Program-made: the position numbers and the translations under genes
In this document: one piece after another, positions 36,501 through 50,500 of the stretch
Layout: every line of letters starts with the position of its first letter
Position numbering within the stretch: position 1 is the first letter of the stretch
Source of the DNA: Tubulanus polymorphus
Taxonomy: Eukaryota; Animalia; Nemertea
Direction of reading: 5' to 3'
Assembly: GCF_964204645.1 (NCBI RefSeq)
Contig: NC_134027.1
Span: 2,388,485 to 2,452,484, forward strand
Length of the DNA: 64,000 bases
Notes under the pieces: model-generated
The model's input: the letters and a program-made list of their open reading frames with translations, nothing else
The model's database searches: none
Told to the model about the DNA's origin: nothing

Positions 36501-39500
36501 GAAATGTTAGCCGAGTTCTATAATGGCGCACTTGCGGACCTATAGTGCGTCAGCCACATCCAACTTTTAGCAAGACGCTGTATCAACTAATACAGGAATA
36601 TCCCTCACTGGGAATATGAGTATCGAAGATGAAATTGAGGATAAATTCAAAAAGTTGAAAATACTCACTTACTAAAGTAAAACTTTTCTGAGTGTGGGAT
36701 TTGTTTCTATAATATGGTTACAACACGGACGGACTTGATGAACTGAATGAGTGCTATTGAAGGATTACGAGGTGCCGTGTCGAGAAGTCGACTATTGTAT
36801 GAAAAGTGGTGGGATCACCTAGTCGTCATGGCTATCGGTCTTTCAGTATCATTGCTTGGTAACAGATGTAATTTTCCCGTACTGAAGTTAGCTCTACCCT
36901 TGAGCAGGTGCACACACCTGTATCCTGCTGAGGGAATCGCTTACATGACTAAGTGTTCTTCAGAAGTGGTTGTTAGTTTTTTGGGGTCTGTTTCCTGAAG
37001 CGCTATCCTGAGAAACTAATTTACCGCGGTATTTTTTTTACAGGATCCATTAGTAAAACCCAGCCCTTAATCGGATATATTAGTTTTTCCAAACTGTTTT
37101 GAAAATTTTTCGGCAGCAAAATTTATAGGTATTTTTATGCAGTGTAAGCAGACAGGATGGAGCCTTGGGAGCCAGTAACACTCGATTCTAGTCTCAAGAG
37201 AAAGTCTGCCGCATCAGTCGACAAAACGACATCAGTTCTTGCAGTTTTCATATGCTGTAGTTGTAATATTATCGGATCGTGTTGAAGCAACAGATGATTA
37301 GCATCCGTTTCATAATGTTACACAGAAACCAATTTCAGCAATCTCGTCAATCCTTACTGAACAACTTGGTGTAGTTACGACGATTGAGGCTATTCAAGAA
37401 ATCTCGCGTTCAATTCCTCGTACCTAACGGTTAACCACGGCAATTTCCGTTGCCGGACGAAAGATCTGTGACAGTCTGTTGCTTCTATCTCCAGCCCGAG
37501 TACCCTATCAGAGCAGCAATTTCTCATTTGATCACCACTGTTCGGCTGATCAGACATTTGATCCCGCGGTCCGGTTAATGACCATCATCCGATGATTAGA
37601 ACGTTCTGGCAGCCCATCGGACTGCGTACGGGTCATGTGATTTATAGATTGGCTACGCTATCAGAAATTTTTACATGGGTAATCAGATGAAATGGAGAGA
37701 AGAATGGGGCTCATTTACGGAGCCTATTGGAGCCAGATTGACTGTTCAATTCATGTTGTTTATGACTTTATCGCTCGCAATCATGTCAAGGAAATTGGGC
37801 CGCTGCAATTTGTCATCGAAACTAATCTCACCTCGTTATAATAATCAACAATGTTTCGTATATTTTCATTTAGTAATGTCTTGATTACCGCTATAAATCA
37901 TTTCATTGCCAAAAGAAAACTATCGATAATACGTAATGTATATCTGTGAATGTTTCAACGACTAAAGACCGTAATTACAAAATCAGTCTCCACATAAACG
38001 CGGGACTTGGACAAGTGTTGAAGCCCGAATATAGATCTCTATATAGCTGGGATTCTGTATTAGTATATAGATCGGTTAAGCGCCTGCAGGTGAAATATTA
38101 ATCGAATAACCAGTTGTGGACGCAACGTTCTTATCCGCTATCAATATTTCAGTTGTACACGTAACCAATACTTATAGTTGAGCCAATGGCTACTGAAGCC
38201 GCGCTATTCCGCAAGATTTATCCAGCTTGTTCGGTTTATTCGGCCATGTTCCCAGTTCCTCAAGGCTAAACCGGCTACCTATATATGACGGCGGTAACGA
38301 TTCCACAACAAAGATACGTCACTATCGTCGACATCGAATTCCTGATTGCGTTATAACTAAGGAGGATTTCACGCTACATTTAAGACGACGGTGATTCAGC
38401 GAATCTTAGCGGGCGTTGCTAAATTCAATTCACAAATCTTATCATTGTGCTGCAAAATTAAATAAACCCTCATCTAACAGAACGCGAATAGTTATGTAAG
38501 AATCCGATAGATTATTCGTCGTGATGTCTCCTGTCAATATGTGCATTTCATTATGATTCACTGCAATCTCCATTAAATAGTGATCTAGAATACAATTCCC
38601 AGGGCAGTGAAAGTTTATATCCTGAATGTCACTGTGTGTCGATTAGGTGTCAGTTTCTGTGTATGTTTCAGGTTTTTATACCTATACTGGTATATTTGAT
38701 TTATATACATGTCAAAAAGCTGTAGAATTCGGTAGTTGCTTTACAGAAATCCTGAGAATTGTCCAGAATGTCTAATAGTAGAGCTACGTACGTATGCGGC
38801 TGTGGCAATGGAGGTTTTTTTCCAGCAAACAATGGGATGCAATCGTAGCGATGAGGACTCTATTGAGTAGGATAGACAAGTAGTCCTGAGAACTGTCTTC
38901 ATTCGCTGTTACAATCAGTATTTACGTGCTTTGGTTCTCAAATAAATCGATGATTTCAAACCCTCGCACCCTCGTTTCATCGACGAAAGACTCGTCAGTT
39001 GCCGAAACGAATACATTCCGAGAAAATAACACAATCTTTAAACACTTGATGTTCCACCGGATCGACGAGCTGTTTTCTATGTGATATATTTTGAAGAGAG
39101 TATTTCACAGATAGAAGGTTTCTCAGTTCGAATCGCATTGAGATTTGGAATTTATTCATTAACATGTTTTGCGGTGAACCTGTTTTGGTTGTTCTAACTG
39201 TTGCTGTAGATTCAGCGTTACGTTCATTCATCAATCATTCATTTGTTTCACGTTTATCTGGTGCTTAAAATGTCAAGTTAATGATACTTCATGCCCCGTA
39301 ATATTGTCATCTAACACAATCGCTATCAGCTATCAGCCAATTCGAGGGTCGGGTAGTGAGGCGCAAGCGTTTCCGTCTGCGATGACTTCATGTGAGAGAA
39401 CGCGGTACTCTTGCTCCGGACTGTATGCAAGTTACCTGGGTTATGGGACTATCGTAAAGACTTATTTAATCGTACGATCTCATCTGAACCTCGAACATAA

Positions 39501-39597
39501 TGAAATAGAACTATAAATGCACGAATAATTAATCATTAGACAAGTTTCAAGATAAATATTTTGAAAAAAAAAATGATAGAGAGGAAGTGAATCACAT

Positions 39598-39727
39598 GGG
39601 ACTCGATCTTAAAGCCTCGGCCTGTGAGGCGTTCGTATCAGCCACACTGACCGCACGATTACAGCCACACGTGACTGAACCTCGTGGACTTGTGACGGCG
39701 GCGATGGCGTCATGTGACCGAGTCGCA
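39598..39727 (-). mobile_element. tRNA-derived interspersed repeat (SINE-like), degenerate copy
   Basis: Shares gccac.ctgaccg.acgat, tgactgaacctcgt and tgaccgagtcg blocks with 43037-43169; degenerate B box on the minus strand. Confidence 0.6.
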
Positions 39728-39902
39728 CGTTTTGTAACATTTAAATAAAATAACTATTTTCAGTTATCGCTGTTTTTTTTCATATTGCCTCTGGGACTGA
39801 CTGAAGGCTGAGTATATGTATTTCAATGCATATTGATTCTGCGCAAGATATTTTTTATCCTACTCTACAGGTAGTGATACTATCCGCAACAAGCGTAAAA
39901 CC

Positions 39903-40002
39903 ATGTGGTTACTATTTTTTCTCTACTTGCCAGTGGAGTACACCGTATACGCACTAATAAAAAACTATCATCAGATTACTTCGACATACATATCTACCTG
40001 TA
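39903..40002 (+). CDS. Candidate signal-peptide exon B (MWLLFFLYLPVEYTVYALIKNYHQITSTYISTC); exon 39871-40002
   Basis: Acceptor ttttttatcctactctacag at 39870, aaccATG context, V-Y-A cleavage-like site, and a weaker donor GTA|gtaaga in phase 1. Confidence 0.35.
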
Positions 40003-43000
40003 GTAAGAAAAAATGTTACAAACTCAGAGGAAATTTCAATTGAATTAGATTTGTTCACGTACTGATAAGAGTTTTATTACCATTGGCAATAAAAAACGGG
40101 TTTTACGATATACTTAGACGCTGCGCCATGAATTAAGATATTGTATCATTATACATCACGACGCTGCGTCATGAATTGAGATATGGTATCATATATCATG
40201 TATACAATTTTGACCATGATATCCTATTCTATATGCTTTATTGCCGTCTTGGCCAACAAGATTTGCGGACGTCTTGCATAAGTCACTTCTCTGGTATGTC
40301 TGAGTCTCCTCTATATCATGATTACACCATATCGTGAAAAAATACATATGAAACCTTGTAAATTTCTTAATCATATAAAATCATTTGAAATGAAAAATAA
40401 ATTTACATATTCAATCAATAGTTTGTTTGAGAACGGGGCTTATTTTTGAGCGGGCAAAAGCTGATAGAGCACGGTCTGAAGACTCAATCACATATAACTC
40501 ACGATGTTTACCCAGCTGATGAGTATTACCTTCAACCACGATGAGTTAGGATCTGAAATACAAGTCTGCTTTCAATATTAACTCAACTCATTACAAACTG
40601 CTTCTACCTGTTGTAAATACAATTTCCTGTAAACGAGAAGTGTTAATCACTGACGTACACGGTCAAAAAGTTCTGCAAGAGGAACCTTCGCGATGCTTCA
40701 ATTACGACTACATCACAGTATAAGTTGTATCTTTCAATCAACCAGAAACTTGCAACAAACTCGCAAGAAAGTGATAACCCGAAGCTTACGTGCCCAGGAA
40801 TCGAGCTGCGAACGGAAAAATATTAGTTTATGACTTGTAAATGATGGTATATGTATTATTATCATATAGTTCTTATCCAAAATCTGGACATGATAAGTAG
40901 TACGAATAATAAACTGTTTTATCTGCATTTGTTTCATGATACATTTTATCCGGGTACGATTCATTAATGGCTAATCTGAAGGGGTTAATATAAATCACAG
41001 AAGAGAGTAGTTATTAGTGACCAGTATATTAACTGGGGTGTGGGCTGCATGGATTAGCTTCATGCAATTAATGTAATATCCTGTGAGGTAACTCTGAGCT
41101 GTATCGACGAATTAATGAAGAAACGTCGCGTTACGTTCGTTGTTTCATATATCCCTGTGGAGATTCAGACGACAAACTGCTGAGTCACACACCCCCGGCT
41201 CGCAGCCGCTGCAATAACGTCGATGAAGTGGCCCTTTCCCTACGTTCTCAGCCAACACGTGCTTCCTTCACATTCCATTATAAACATCCTGCATTTAATG
41301 AAACGTGAAAATGTGGCTAATTCCGGCACGTTTGGTGAGCACACCACTGTCCGCCTCAGTACCTCCCCACTGATGAGTCAACTGGTGTGGCGACATTCCT
41401 ACGATTCATAGTAGCGACTGGCATGCCCGTTATTTATGATGGATGGACGGAAAATTCAAATTCCGCGCAACTTTGACACTTGGTTTGTGTTTGACGATGT
41501 TAATGTCCCATAAAATGACTAATCCTAAGGCTAAAACTTGCATCTTTTGCAATTTATCGCGGCAGTGATGACGACGGCAGAGTCGCTAATTGAGATGTTT
41601 AAAAATGTTACAGCAACTTGTAGCGTCGGTTAATGATACTGTGGGGATTATCGAGACGTGATGCTCAATAATATTACTGTCACTGTCTGTGTTTTTCGAT
41701 AGCTATGTATTTATCTGTTTATTTGTCACTGGTATCGAGAAAATGACAATTTTTCCTCGGAAACGCGTCGATCTTTTCATCCGAATGTTAAAAATCGAGT
41801 AGTTACCTATTGCACTCAAACTGCTAGCTCGACGGCAGGTATACTATTGGTATCTTTCATAATAAATTTCCATAAGGGCTAATGGCGTGATCTATTCGCT
41901 AAAAGCTCGGATAAGAGATTCTTGTTCCAGATTGACGACGACTACCTGTGTAGAGAAGTGTCGTGCACTGTGAAATCGTGTTTCAGCTCTGTAAGAGCTT
42001 CCCGCAGAGTTACATCGCCGATTCGTGATTACATCGCAACGACCGACAACAACCCTGGGTGCTCCTGTCTGTTCGGTGTACAACTAAATCTTATAATTGG
42101 TGGAATTCGACTTGAAACATGAATCAAATTGAATTTGCCTCCAGCTAGTTGTCCGCGACGCGTATAATGTATTTTGCATCGGTGTTTTTATCTTCTGAAT
42201 ATTTACAGAGACGAGATTCGTTTTTACGACGTTTGCTTAGGAAAGACTTATTGAATTTATACGTGTATGTAAGCGTGTTAAAAAGGAAATAGGAGAAAGT
42301 CGCTTGTGTAAATACATCGAGTTCAAAATCATGTTCAGTTTGTTTTCGATGAACATCGTCTCCAACCAGACCGATACTAATAATATGTACCGCAATAACT
42401 TCCATTTAGGAATCCCAAAAAACATGAAACCAATAAACCTTATAAAAGTTTCTTTCTTAAGGATTAATCTCTAAGCAAATGACAATAAGAAGCGATTTTC
42501 GTGAATATGACGCGCGGGTAGAATTTCATCTATCTTCAAGCGATGTCTTATCTGTCAGTATCCGATGCGTGGTAAGGTGATAAAACGGGAAGGTAATACA
42601 CGTAAATTATCATCAACAAGGTGAAGCGATGTGAATGTAAATTGTTAGTAAAGCAACCTGTAAACTTTAGTTACACATTCAATATCAGCTTCAACTCATT
42701 GATAGATGAGATCAAACGTATAATTCTTCAATTTTCTGACACCTTCCACCACCGTACCCGATTACTTTAAGATTCTTAGATTGCAGTTATCCCCGCTGTT
42801 ATATCGCGTTACCTTCTCCACTCTCACAAGGTCATACAAGTGGCCAATAACTATCAAATATCACGAGTCTTACATTCGAAGTTGTTCTGTAAGGGGTTTT
42901 TTATGGATTTCTTCGCACATAGAACTAAATGAACTGCTATGTATCAAAGCCTGTATAAAGAATTAACCAAAAACTTTGAAAAATATTCACGAATTACAAA

Positions 43001-43036
43001 TAAAAACAATATATATTCAATCTCAGCGTATTTATG

Positions 43037-43169
43037 TCGTAGGGCTCGAACTCGGAACCTCGGGTCTTGGTCGTGCGAGGTGACCGTTCTACCGACTCGG
43101 CCACGCTGACCGTACGATCGGACGTCCACATGACTGAACCTCGTCAATGACGTCATGACCGAGTCGGTA
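43037..43169 (-). mobile_element. tRNA-derived interspersed repeat (SINE-like)
   Basis: The minus strand shows an A box TGGCCGAGTCGG and a B box GTTCGAGCC at tRNA-like spacing, but no intact cloverleaf. A second copy lies at 39.6 kb. Confidence 0.7.
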
Positions 43170-43588
43170 TCAGTGAACTTGCATAACGTTTTAAAACTTG
43201 AACGCGTTTATTAGTAATCATTTCTACGCATCGGTCGAAATAGAGAAATTCTTTAAATGGCAAATTCAAGCTTCTTCGATGTTTCTGACAATCATCCACA
43301 ACACCGACTCGTTAATCAGAGGTCTAGTAATGAGGAAAATGATAAAACTGACGATGAGAATGATAAGAAACTGCGAGGTTTTTATCAGTTATGGACGGTT
43401 TGTCGGTGTTCTACACGTAGTTTATTGATATCTCGTTTTTTCCCTGTCTAACGGTTTCGTGTATGTGTTTAATCTGACGGATACTGAACCAAACACTCGT
43501 TCTTGTATTACCAGATAAACCGCGCTACTCTACGTGTATTATACGTAATGTAACTGTCTGTAAATTCATCACAATTCTCGTTCAGCGT

Positions 43589-44530
43589 GATCTACCTGAA
43601 TTCCCGTCCAGCATGCACGATCTACCTTTAATTCCCGTCCAGCATGCACGATCTACCTTTAATTCCCGTCCAGCATGCACGATCTACCTTTAATTCCCGT
43701 CCGGCATGCACGATCTACCTGAATTCCCGTCCAGCATGCACGATCTACCTTTAATTCCCGTCCAGCATGCACGATCTACCTGAATTCCCGCCCAGCATGC
43801 ACGATCTACCTGAATTCCCGTCCGGCATGCACGATCTACCTTTAATTCCCGTCCGGCATGCACGATCTACCTGAATTCCCGCCCAGCATGCGCGATCTAC
43901 CTGAATTCCCGCCCAGCATGCACGATCTACCTGAATTCCCGCCCGGCATGCACGATCTACCTGAATTCCCGTCCAGCATGCACGATCTACCTTTAATTCC
44001 CGTCCAGCATGCACGATCTACCTTTAATTCCCGTCCGGCATGCACGATCTACCTGAATTCCCGTCCAGCATGCACGATCTACCTTTAATTCCCGTCCAGC
44101 ATGCACGATCTACCTGAATTCCCGCCCAGCATGCACGATCTACCTTTAATTCCCGTCCGGCATGCACGATCTACCTTTAATTCCCGTCCGGCATGCACGA
44201 TCTACCTGAATTCCCGCCCAGCATGCGCGATCTACCTGAATTCCCGCCCAGCATGCACGATCTACCTGAATTCCCGCCCGGCATGCACGATCTACCTGAA
44301 TTCCCGTCCAGCATGCACGATCTACCTGAATTCCCGTCCAGCATGCACGATCTACCTTTAATTCCCGTCCAGCATGCACGATCTACCTTTAATTCCCGTC
44401 CGGCATGCACGATCTACCTTTAATTCCCGTCCGGCATGCACGATCTACCTTTAATTCCCGTCCAGCATGCACGATCTACCTTAATTCCCGTCCAGCATGC
44501 ACGATCTACCTTTAATTCCCGTCCAGCATG
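43589..44530. repeat. 30/31-bp minisatellite, about 31 copies
   Basis: Unit GATCTACCT(G/TT)AATTCCCG(T/C)CC(A/G)GCATGCAC. The mix of 30- and 31-bp units shifts frames, so it is non-coding. Confidence 0.98.
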
Positions 44531-47500
44531 ACCTCCCTAGCCGTAGATTGAAAAAGCTACATTTTGTGTAGAGAAATTATTGCGTCGCTGGGCCCTCCTA
44601 AAATATTACAATTTTGGTCGTTAAAACTATCCTGATGCATTTTAAACGGAAGTATTATGCTGTATGAATTGTGCAGATTGTTCGCTCTATAAATCTAGCC
44701 ACGCAATAATCTCTTTTCATTTTTTTGTGTCTGCTTAGGTTGGATGGATATTTGGATTTATTGGCGACAAGCGCGCAACTAAATATCCGTTGTTATTATG
44801 GCAACCTTTGACATTCGATAGCGCAGTTTCGCAGGTGTAAATGATAGACCGGTTCACACATTAGTTTTACACTGAAATTTTCTATTTTTCTCGTGATTAA
44901 CGACGAATACGACTAATAAAGCATTTATTTTGATGATAATATTATTGTAAGCGTTTTTTTCTTGTCATGAATGTATTTTATAGAATACGAATGTGGAGTA
45001 ATTTTTGTGGTAATTTTAGTCGTAGATTTGCCTCCATCACCTCATTTCCCTACTGGAATGACTATCAAATAATCTGACAGGATTTAGTCGGGTCGTTTTA
45101 GTGAAATTATTTTATAAACTCTTCGCCGGTTTTTCGCCGACGCTTAAGCCCCGAATAATAACGAGTATTTGACACTCAATTTATACAAGTTCTATCCTTT
45201 AATCAGCTATTTTCCTGTTTGTTGAATCGCGGCTTAATTGGAATGAAATTCAGCCGCCGATCTGTTGCTTCGCCGAAGCTGTTTGTTGACAGTTTCAGCG
45301 CTGGAATTGTCACATCGGAAACATTCACACAAACATATCGATATCATACGAAATGGGAAAATATCGAGGCAGTTTTTACACTATTATTATTTGCCCGTTG
45401 ATATGAATAAAATATTTGAATTATTAAAGAAAGACTGTTTCGTTTAGAAAAAAGATTTGTTTGCACAAAGGTTCACTATTACCAAGCCGCGTTATAAACA
45501 ACAGCAGCGAACACGCATTCAGGCGAATTCCTATGAAAATACTTATAATCCGTAGGAAGATATTTTTCCCGAGACTTCTGGTGATCTGCTTAATCTTGCA
45601 CGATTGGTTCTCGGGAGATGTCTTATCGTAGATAGATATACATACGAATAAGCCTGTGTAGAAATAGCGTTGTATATAGCGAGGTCGGGAGAGCAACGGA
45701 ACCAACAAGCATTAATGAAAGCAATTAATACCCTTAATCCCTATGGAAACTATGAATTAAATTCTTACATCGAACAAATGAGGGCGGGAGTAACTGGGTA
45801 TCTAGTTTAGCAAATCTCTCCTGATGTAGATTGTAATCGGAATCAGCCATTAGAGGTATCAGGAATATATATGAGTCTTCAACTGATTGGAAACAACGGT
45901 TACTCAGATAACAGGGATATGCATATATATAGGTCTTTAGATGGGTTGACCTTCAGACACTGTCAAAACGCATCGTATCGTGCTAGAGTTTTCATTCAAG
46001 ATCGAATTCAAAATAGCGAAAAGAGATATTTCGAATCCGACCAGTGACGTATAGAAGACTGGATGTATAAAGGTTAATGACTTCATGTCTAATTAACTGG
46101 TCGGTTTCATGACAAACTGTAACAGCGATATTCGATATACGACAACCGAAACGACTCATTTAATCCTGCATGTTCTGATTTAATGTAGCGGGACTTGAAA
46201 ATGTGCGCAATTAAAATGATTTTTATTACCACTGAGTCTGATGGATCGGACTGTTATATTGAAAAGCGATAGTCCAAATAGGCGCCACTTCGATGGTATC
46301 GTTACTACGATATGTTTCCATGGGATTACTGTACAAATTTGTTCTGTAGATGAATCGGCGAGCCGTATAAAATATTAATAAAAACAGACAATTTAGTTCG
46401 ATTACGAGTATAGGAATTTTTACGGGTAGTTCACGTGTTACGAGCGGTTAGAAATTAGATATTTCAATGGGTCGCTAATGAGTGATATTCGTGTTGAATT
46501 TTCTGAATAATTCATCGATATAGTAAATCGAGGCACGCCGCTAATTCGTGTTATTATATTTTGAAGTGTGTGAAATACGCAACAAGTTTCCCTTTTCCCA
46601 TCTGAAAATAGTTTTTCCCACAGATCGCTGACGCCGATTCAGCTCTACCGTGATAATAATTGAGTAATTTGTATAAGAAACTACAGATTTATGTGTATAT
46701 AATATATTTCCCTAGTTTTACTGGTCTCCTCATATCGATTGCGTGGTCAGATATCCAGACATCTATCTCGCAATGTCGACTGCCTTAGTTTCTTATACAG
46801 TTCGACCTTGAGAACTCGTACGAACTAACATTCTTTTTTTTAAATAATGAATATCATCTCTCTTGTAATAATCACCGTGTACAAACGTGTCTGCGAATAT
46901 GTCGCTACTTAACTGGTTTTCGCGAGAGAATAAGGCTGAATCTTCCTTTTTGATTTACACTTGAATAGATATGAGTTGTGATATTCTCGGAGCAGACTCG
47001 CTCTCGGCGGACACTTCATATCACGTATAGCAACAGTAATTTTTAAAGGAAAGCGCATCCACTGTTTGAAAACATCCCTCCAACCATCTATTCGACATTA
47101 TTCATGTTTTTCCAATCCCCGTCGCTTCTTCGGTAAATATGAAATCGTGACGCGGATTATTATGATAGATGAAAGGATCAGAATCGAGCAAATATACAAA
47201 ATGACCGCACAATATTTGCATATAATTGTTTCTAATAATAAAATGATCGGTAGAATTTTGAGAACAATTTGAATACAAGGCATCAACATGGATGAAAGAA
47301 CTCACAAACACAGTCGAATGTTAAGAGTTACTGTCAAAAAGAATCCGTCACAATTCGTTAATTGTTTTACAGTTTTACAGTACGTGAGTCACATAGAACG
47401 TGCCTGCGTGCTTTGCCGTAATTTTCCCGAGGAATGAAAAACGTTAAAACTCTGTATGTGACACTGGGGGTAATTGCCCCTATCATTAGCTTCTATTAAA

Positions 47501-50500
47501 CGACTCGTGGTGCGCGGTGTGTGCGATTCTAACGGAAGTTTTTAAGTAAAACGAACGACGTTTGATGCAAATTCTCATGAATTTCATGCCCATTTTACGG
47601 TAACGGAATGTTAATGTTTTGGGTGCAACAGTAACGTAATGCCTCAAGAGATAATTTGCTGAGTCATTCACCTTCCTTGAAAAATGTAAAACGGGGACCT
47701 CATCAGTGATTTGATTAGCATCAATTTTCATGCGTAGATAAATCAATTATTCACCAGCTCTGTCTCAACCGACTGACCTCCGCCGCAAAAAATCGACGAC
47801 CTAATGATATTTCATCTAGGAAAAAGCTACGTCAGATGTGACATCGGACAGATTTCAATTTACAAAATGGCATAAACAGCGCGCGCTGTGGGTGTGGAAT
47901 TTGCGTTAAAGCCTTTCGTTTAGCCTTGGACCTCCCCGTCGCGTGAGTCAGCCGTACGGAAGACCAGCGCGATAAATCATGACGGACTTGTCAAACTTGG
48001 TGACTGTATCTGTGATCAGGGGATGCAGAGGAAAGATGAAATCGGCATCTGTAACGCTGTTGCATTCTCATGGATGTGTCATGAGGGAATCATTAAGGAT
48101 GTCGATGTAACATTGGTTTTTAATTCTCTAGTTTTTCCTCTTTCTATCCGCTTTCTGTTAGTTATCTGTTTGCTAGACTACTTATTAGTATTCGCTTCTG
48201 TGGACAGCAGTAATAATTTAGGATTTTCTGACTAAGGCATATAGCGTTATTCAAATATTATGTCGATAGTTTGATAAAACAGATGCAACTCAAAATGAAA
48301 TATGCATTTCATGAAACTGTACTGGAGCACAGGGAAGAATTCTGAATGGTGTTGTCGATGTCTGTCCTGGCTTTGTATGGGGACAACTTGCGATTATTTA
48401 TCGTTCTAGTCGAACTGACAATTTGCAGTCCCAGTGGTATCATGTTCCTCGCGGCTAGACAACAATATGGAGGCAATAATGACCAGAAGCTACAATAGTC
48501 ATGTTCGAACCTTCTCCAGTTAATTAGTTTGCCATTTCCAAAGACATCTCTCTTCTCGCAGTAGAACCGATCCCTGGCTTATGACTAAGACCAACGTAAG
48601 TTCAATGAATAGTTCACACAATTCGTTGTTCTTTGAAGGTTTGGGGTCCGATTTTTCGCCTTTGATCCATATTCCGGAGAGCTTAAAGTGAATCGTAATT
48701 TACCATATTCCCATGATAGAACACGTTTTGCCACGTGGCCCAAGGAATAATTATGATGAATATAGATAATTGATTTAGTTTCAGAGTAGTATTAGATGGC
48801 TTCGCGTATGTCTTAATTACTAAGCATGGAACATAATTGCGGTTATATCCTTGCTAATCGTCATAATGACCATATGCTATTGAATCCGTTTACAAAACAA
48901 AATATTCGTCGTTCTAACCCTTTTTCCATAGGACTTACTTAGAATAACCTTGTAAAAACGGTATCGTCTCGTGGGTGGTCGGGTATAGATTAGTACTGGT
49001 ATTGAAAGTGTTCATGTCAAAGTTAATAAATTAGTATTGATTATCAGTAACTTCATCATTCACTTCCTCAATATCCCAATTTAAACGCTCATTTTGCGCA
49101 AATTGTCATCGATTAATCTGATAGCAATTTAGTGTCGTTGAAAGCCGAATAAAAAATACTCACATTGATCTCTATTCGTGCCGTGAGAAAAAAACCGCTA
49201 TTATATATCGCTTTATGAAATTTTTGCCGACACGAAACGAACGGCGACCAGTTAACACGACCAGTGACGAATGTCACTGAGGTTACTTAGAACAATGTCA
49301 ATAACGTAACTTATTGATCAAAGTAGTATTACTAGATGGGCTATTGATAAGTTTATACTTGTTCATTGATATCTATCAATGCTTATCAATAGTGTGTGAA
49401 TCGGAGCTTTACAGCACGAAATTGCTTCATTAATGAAGTTACATTTATTGGTTTCATTTACAGCAGTACCGATATTTTTCCCTGATATAAAAACCCAGAT
49501 TACCTTCTCCCCGCATTCAGTCGCTAATAGCGTTGCTTTTTAGAATCGATGGCCGTCGATTCGAGATACGGAACCTTGGAAAGTTGTTTATTCATCAAAT
49601 TGCCAAAATAGACGCTTCGATATAAATCTGGTCGAGATTCTAAGGATCAGGATAAGAATGAGTGTCCCGGAATGCAATTTCAATTTGCATAGCTTTCACA
49701 TGAAAGATAGATTAAACTCGTGATCTGTGACAGTCCGAGTCAAACGAAATAGTCATTTGATAGTATTAGTTTCTCTATAATGTCATTACTAAACACGGAT
49801 TAAGACCATCGACGTCTGTAATGTTCAATTCAATATCCATCTCGCTACAGTCGTAGAAGTTAACGAAGACGATGCAGCTATCAGAGACAGTCTGGCTCAG
49901 TATTCACTTGTTTAGCATTTCTAAGACGATTTCTACCTCAAGAATATGATTTAAGAAGTTTGAGGCGTTTTTTATAATTACGATTGAGACTTTGTTGATA
50001 TTTTGTCGGTTAAGGGGCTAACGCGGTTGTGTATAAGTTCAATTGCGTGTCTAAAGAATCTAAAGGTTTCGTTGCGTATGAAAATATCTTAAGTGGATAA
50101 CTCAGGTGTCAGTATATTTACTGGTTAGTGGTGTAAGAGATATGGTTTTGTATCTGAAGGAGAATTCTGTCGGATAAGCGAACCAGATATCAGCGACTTG
50201 TAGCCGCAGGAAACGGGGAGGGTACATTTTCGCCCGTAAAGTGGTTCGTGTGTGTGTGTGTTGGGGTATATTATCGAGTTGTTTGGTGGTGTTGCACACA
50301 ATGAGTCATAAAGGAATCCGCTCTTAGTCCTACAGGTGCACACAAATTACTCATAGTACCATCTTCTGGAATGAACCGAATTGATTTTCGCTGCAAGGTT
50401 GTTGCCGGCACTGATGATGACATCGTTTTCCGAGAGGATGGGATTCGTCGCCGAGTTTGAAATGTAGTGTCACATCTTATTTGTAAAGTAGTGGGGGATT

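Noticed and set aside
38663-38725. Hydrophobic mini-ORF MFQVFIPILVYLIYIHVKKL as a further signal-peptide exon
   Set aside because: It ends in a stop before any usable donor.
43037-43112. Functional tRNA gene
   Set aside because: A and B boxes are present but I could not form acceptor and anticodon stems. A second diverged copy with shared flanks indicates a repeat.
43751-44423. Repetitive ORFs (MHDLPEFPPS, VDRACWAGIQ)
   Set aside because: They are translations of the 30/31-bp minisatellite, and frames break at each 31-bp unit.
44739-44834. Possible internal exon (ttag acceptor, CAG|gtgtaa donor)
   Set aside because: Weak donor, the open frame is phase 0-0 and does not fit the phase-1 CUB exon, and the peptide is not recognisable.
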